IMG/VR virus record: IMGVR_UViG_3300046007_011961
Location: 1 to 57,255 of that record
Length of the DNA: 57,255 nucleotides
Reading direction: 5' to 3' (one strand)
From: a virus
Lineage: Duplodnaviria > Caudoviricetes
In this document: piece by piece, positions 55,827 to 57,255 of the stretch
Layout: every line of letters starts with the position of its first letter
How positions within the stretch are numbered: the stretch's first letter is position 1
The notes under the pieces: generated by a model
What the model saw: the letters and a program-made list of their open reading frames with translations, nothing else
The model's database searches: none
What the model was told of the DNA's origin: nothing
Translations under genes and position numbers: made by a program

Positions 55827-56191
55827 AGTACCGAATTACAGTACTCACTATGCATGCTACGTAATTCTTGAGCGTACTCATTTTCCATAGCCTCACACTC
55901 TCTTGACACTTCGTAACGTAATGCACGATATATATCAAAAAACTTTTCGGCTACTTCTTTATAATCTTTAGATGTATCTATGTCCTCATTCTCCAACCAA
56001 TCTGCAGGTAGAAGTAAACATGAATTGTCTACATACTCAGGCTGAGGTAGCCCAAAATGAGGAAGTATCTGTAGCATGTCCTCATGGGAAATTAAGTCAT
56101 CGGTATCATCTACCTGAGCCTCCCACACATTGTCGTTTATCTTTTGTTCTACGCTAGCCAAAAAGGCCATGCATTCTTCTTTAGTGTACAT
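55823..56191 (-). CDS. acidic hypothetical protein
   Basis: ORF packing. Confidence 0.55.
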   Translation of the reverse strand: MYTKEECMAFLASVEQKINDNVWEAQVDDTDDLISHEDMLQILPHFGLPQPEYVDNSCLLLPADWLENEDIDTSKDYKEVAEKFFDIYRALRYEVSRECEAMENEYAQELRSMHSEYCNSVL

Positions 56192-56672
56192 TTCGTATGT
56201 TTGGTGGGAAATCTGCGGTTTCTTCGAGAATAGTTAGCTCCGTAGCAGCTTTAATATGTTTACGAAAAGCAGCTCTACTAACCCATAAACGCACATAAGA
56301 TGTTGCAGCAGTGTGGTATAGTTTACCTGAGTATTCTGGTATGCGCAAAATACTTGGAGGCGGATAACCGTAGTTAGATACAATTAATAGCACATTACCT
56401 GCAGTTGTTAAATATGCTTCCACATGGTCCATCTCTGTGGATGTGTCAGTTCTACTCATTCGTAGTACGTGCGGAATATCATATCTTGTCCAAAGACTCT
56501 GCAAGCCGAACTTTTCAGCTAGTTCGCATCTATTAAGACATATCTCATCTTCTGCTTGTGTACCTTTATAGGCAGAGCCTCCCCAGTATGTATTGTTGTA
56601 TAATTCTGGATAAGCTGTGCGAGAGCTTAGATTTACCCTATTACGTATAGGATCATAATTTTTATTATTCAT
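56181..56672 (-). CDS. hypothetical protein
   Basis: YWG, DH.E.Y, LYH motifs. Confidence 0.6.
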   Translation of the reverse strand: MNNKNYDPIRNRVNLSSRTAYPELYNNTYWGGSAYKGTQAEDEICLNRCELAEKFGLQSLWTRYDIPHVLRMSRTDTSTEMDHVEAYLTTAGNVLLIVSNYGYPPPSILRIPEYSGKLYHTAATSYVRLWVSRAAFRKHIKAATELTILEETADFPPNIRNVH

Positions 56673-56706
56673 TGTTATTTAAACGTTTAATTGTATTTTT
56701 ATCTAA

Positions 56707-57255
56707 TTAGGCGTATATCGTTTCTTTAAAGCTATCCAGGACTGCCTTAGGATCACTGTCAGTTAGAAGCTTATATGCAATGTCATAAACTTTTTCACTG
56801 TTCTCTATACCATTAGTCAACTCTCGCAGAACTGTACTGAAACGATCTGCAGTTTTAAGCTCTGAACGAATATTGACCAACTCTTCCTGTCCGTCTTTAT
56901 CTTGCTTGACCTTCGTCATTTTAACGAAGCCTATGTCGTATAGGAAATTGAGTTGATTACCTACATCCACATTGTTGTGTAACTTTACCAGGAAAACAGG
57001 CTTCTTAGGACCTAATTTATATGTTGCATAAATAGTGTCTTTTGCGACTTGTGCTATATTATCCGGATTAACGTCAATAGTCACATACTGTCTAGGCAAG
57101 TCGTATTTAATTGTCTTTAACTTTTCTCCGTCAAAGTAGTACAAGCCTTCTTTTAGTGTCTCATTGGCTGCAGTAACACCAAGACTTCCGCAGTATCCTA
57201 CAAACATTTCTTTATCGCATCCAATGTCATGAAAACGCATCTGTCTTCTGATTCT
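56707..57255 (-). CDS. C-terminal part of SbcD/Mre11 (gp47-like) nuclease, truncated by the window
   Basis: YCGS motif; upstream of SbcC; frame open to the window edge. Confidence 0.55.
   Translation of the reverse strand, partial: RIRRQMRFHDIGCDKEMFVGYCGSLGVTAANETLKEGLYYFDGEKLKTIKYDLPRQYVTIDVNPDNIAQVAKDTIYATYKLGPKKPVFLVKLHNNVDVGNQLNFLYDIGFVKMTKVKQDKDGQEELVNIRSELKTADRFSTVLRELTNGIENSEKVYDIAYKLLTDSDPKAVLDSFKETIYA

Noticed and set aside
16000-57255. Plus-strand ORFs in the track beyond 16 kb
   Set aside because: They are antisense shadows of well-supported minus-strand genes with no recognisable motifs
1-57255. Stop-codon reassignment
   Set aside because: Long conserved genes are intact in code 11, TAA, TAG and TGA all end genes, and no suppressor tRNA is seen
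1-57255. Prophage or plasmid origin
   Set aside because: No integrase, repressor switch, att site, conjugation gene or host flank is visible, though the rest of the genome is unseen

Overview
This AT-rich, gene-dense window, mostly on the minus strand, is part of a large tailed dsDNA phage genome. I see no host housekeeping operons and no integrase. From left to right: (1) 1-6 kb is an early/host-takeover region with repeated sigma70-like promoter cassettes, many small membrane or basic ORFs, three tRNAs and an ECF sigma factor. (2) 6-16 kb has a metallophosphoesterase, a repeat protein, and a plus-strand block with a probable portal, a TraR/DksA-like protein and a lysis cassette. (3) 16-29 kb holds many small ORFs plus UV endonuclease, a nucleotidyltransferase, DNA ligase and RNA ligase. 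(4) 29.7-35.6 kb is a glycosyltransferase/methyltransferase island with two more tRNAs and an HNH gene. (5) 36-57 kb is a replication/recombination module: HhH glycosylase, RuvC, RecA, SSB-like protein, PolA with a UDG-like domain, DnaB, primase, SF2 helicase and SbcC/SbcD. The best candidate for a new system lies inside the replication module: a four-gene ubiquitin-like operon at 40327-43954. It encodes a beta-grasp-like protein ending LVGG plus an 8-residue tail, a 718-aa protein with a candidate catalytic Cys, a JAB/JAMM protease and a ThiF/E1 enzyme, with no sulfur-cofactor genes nearby. Also notable are a Thr(UGU) tRNA with a class II body and a PolA with substitutions at normally conserved active-site positions. 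All family calls come from motifs recognised by eye; no searches were run.
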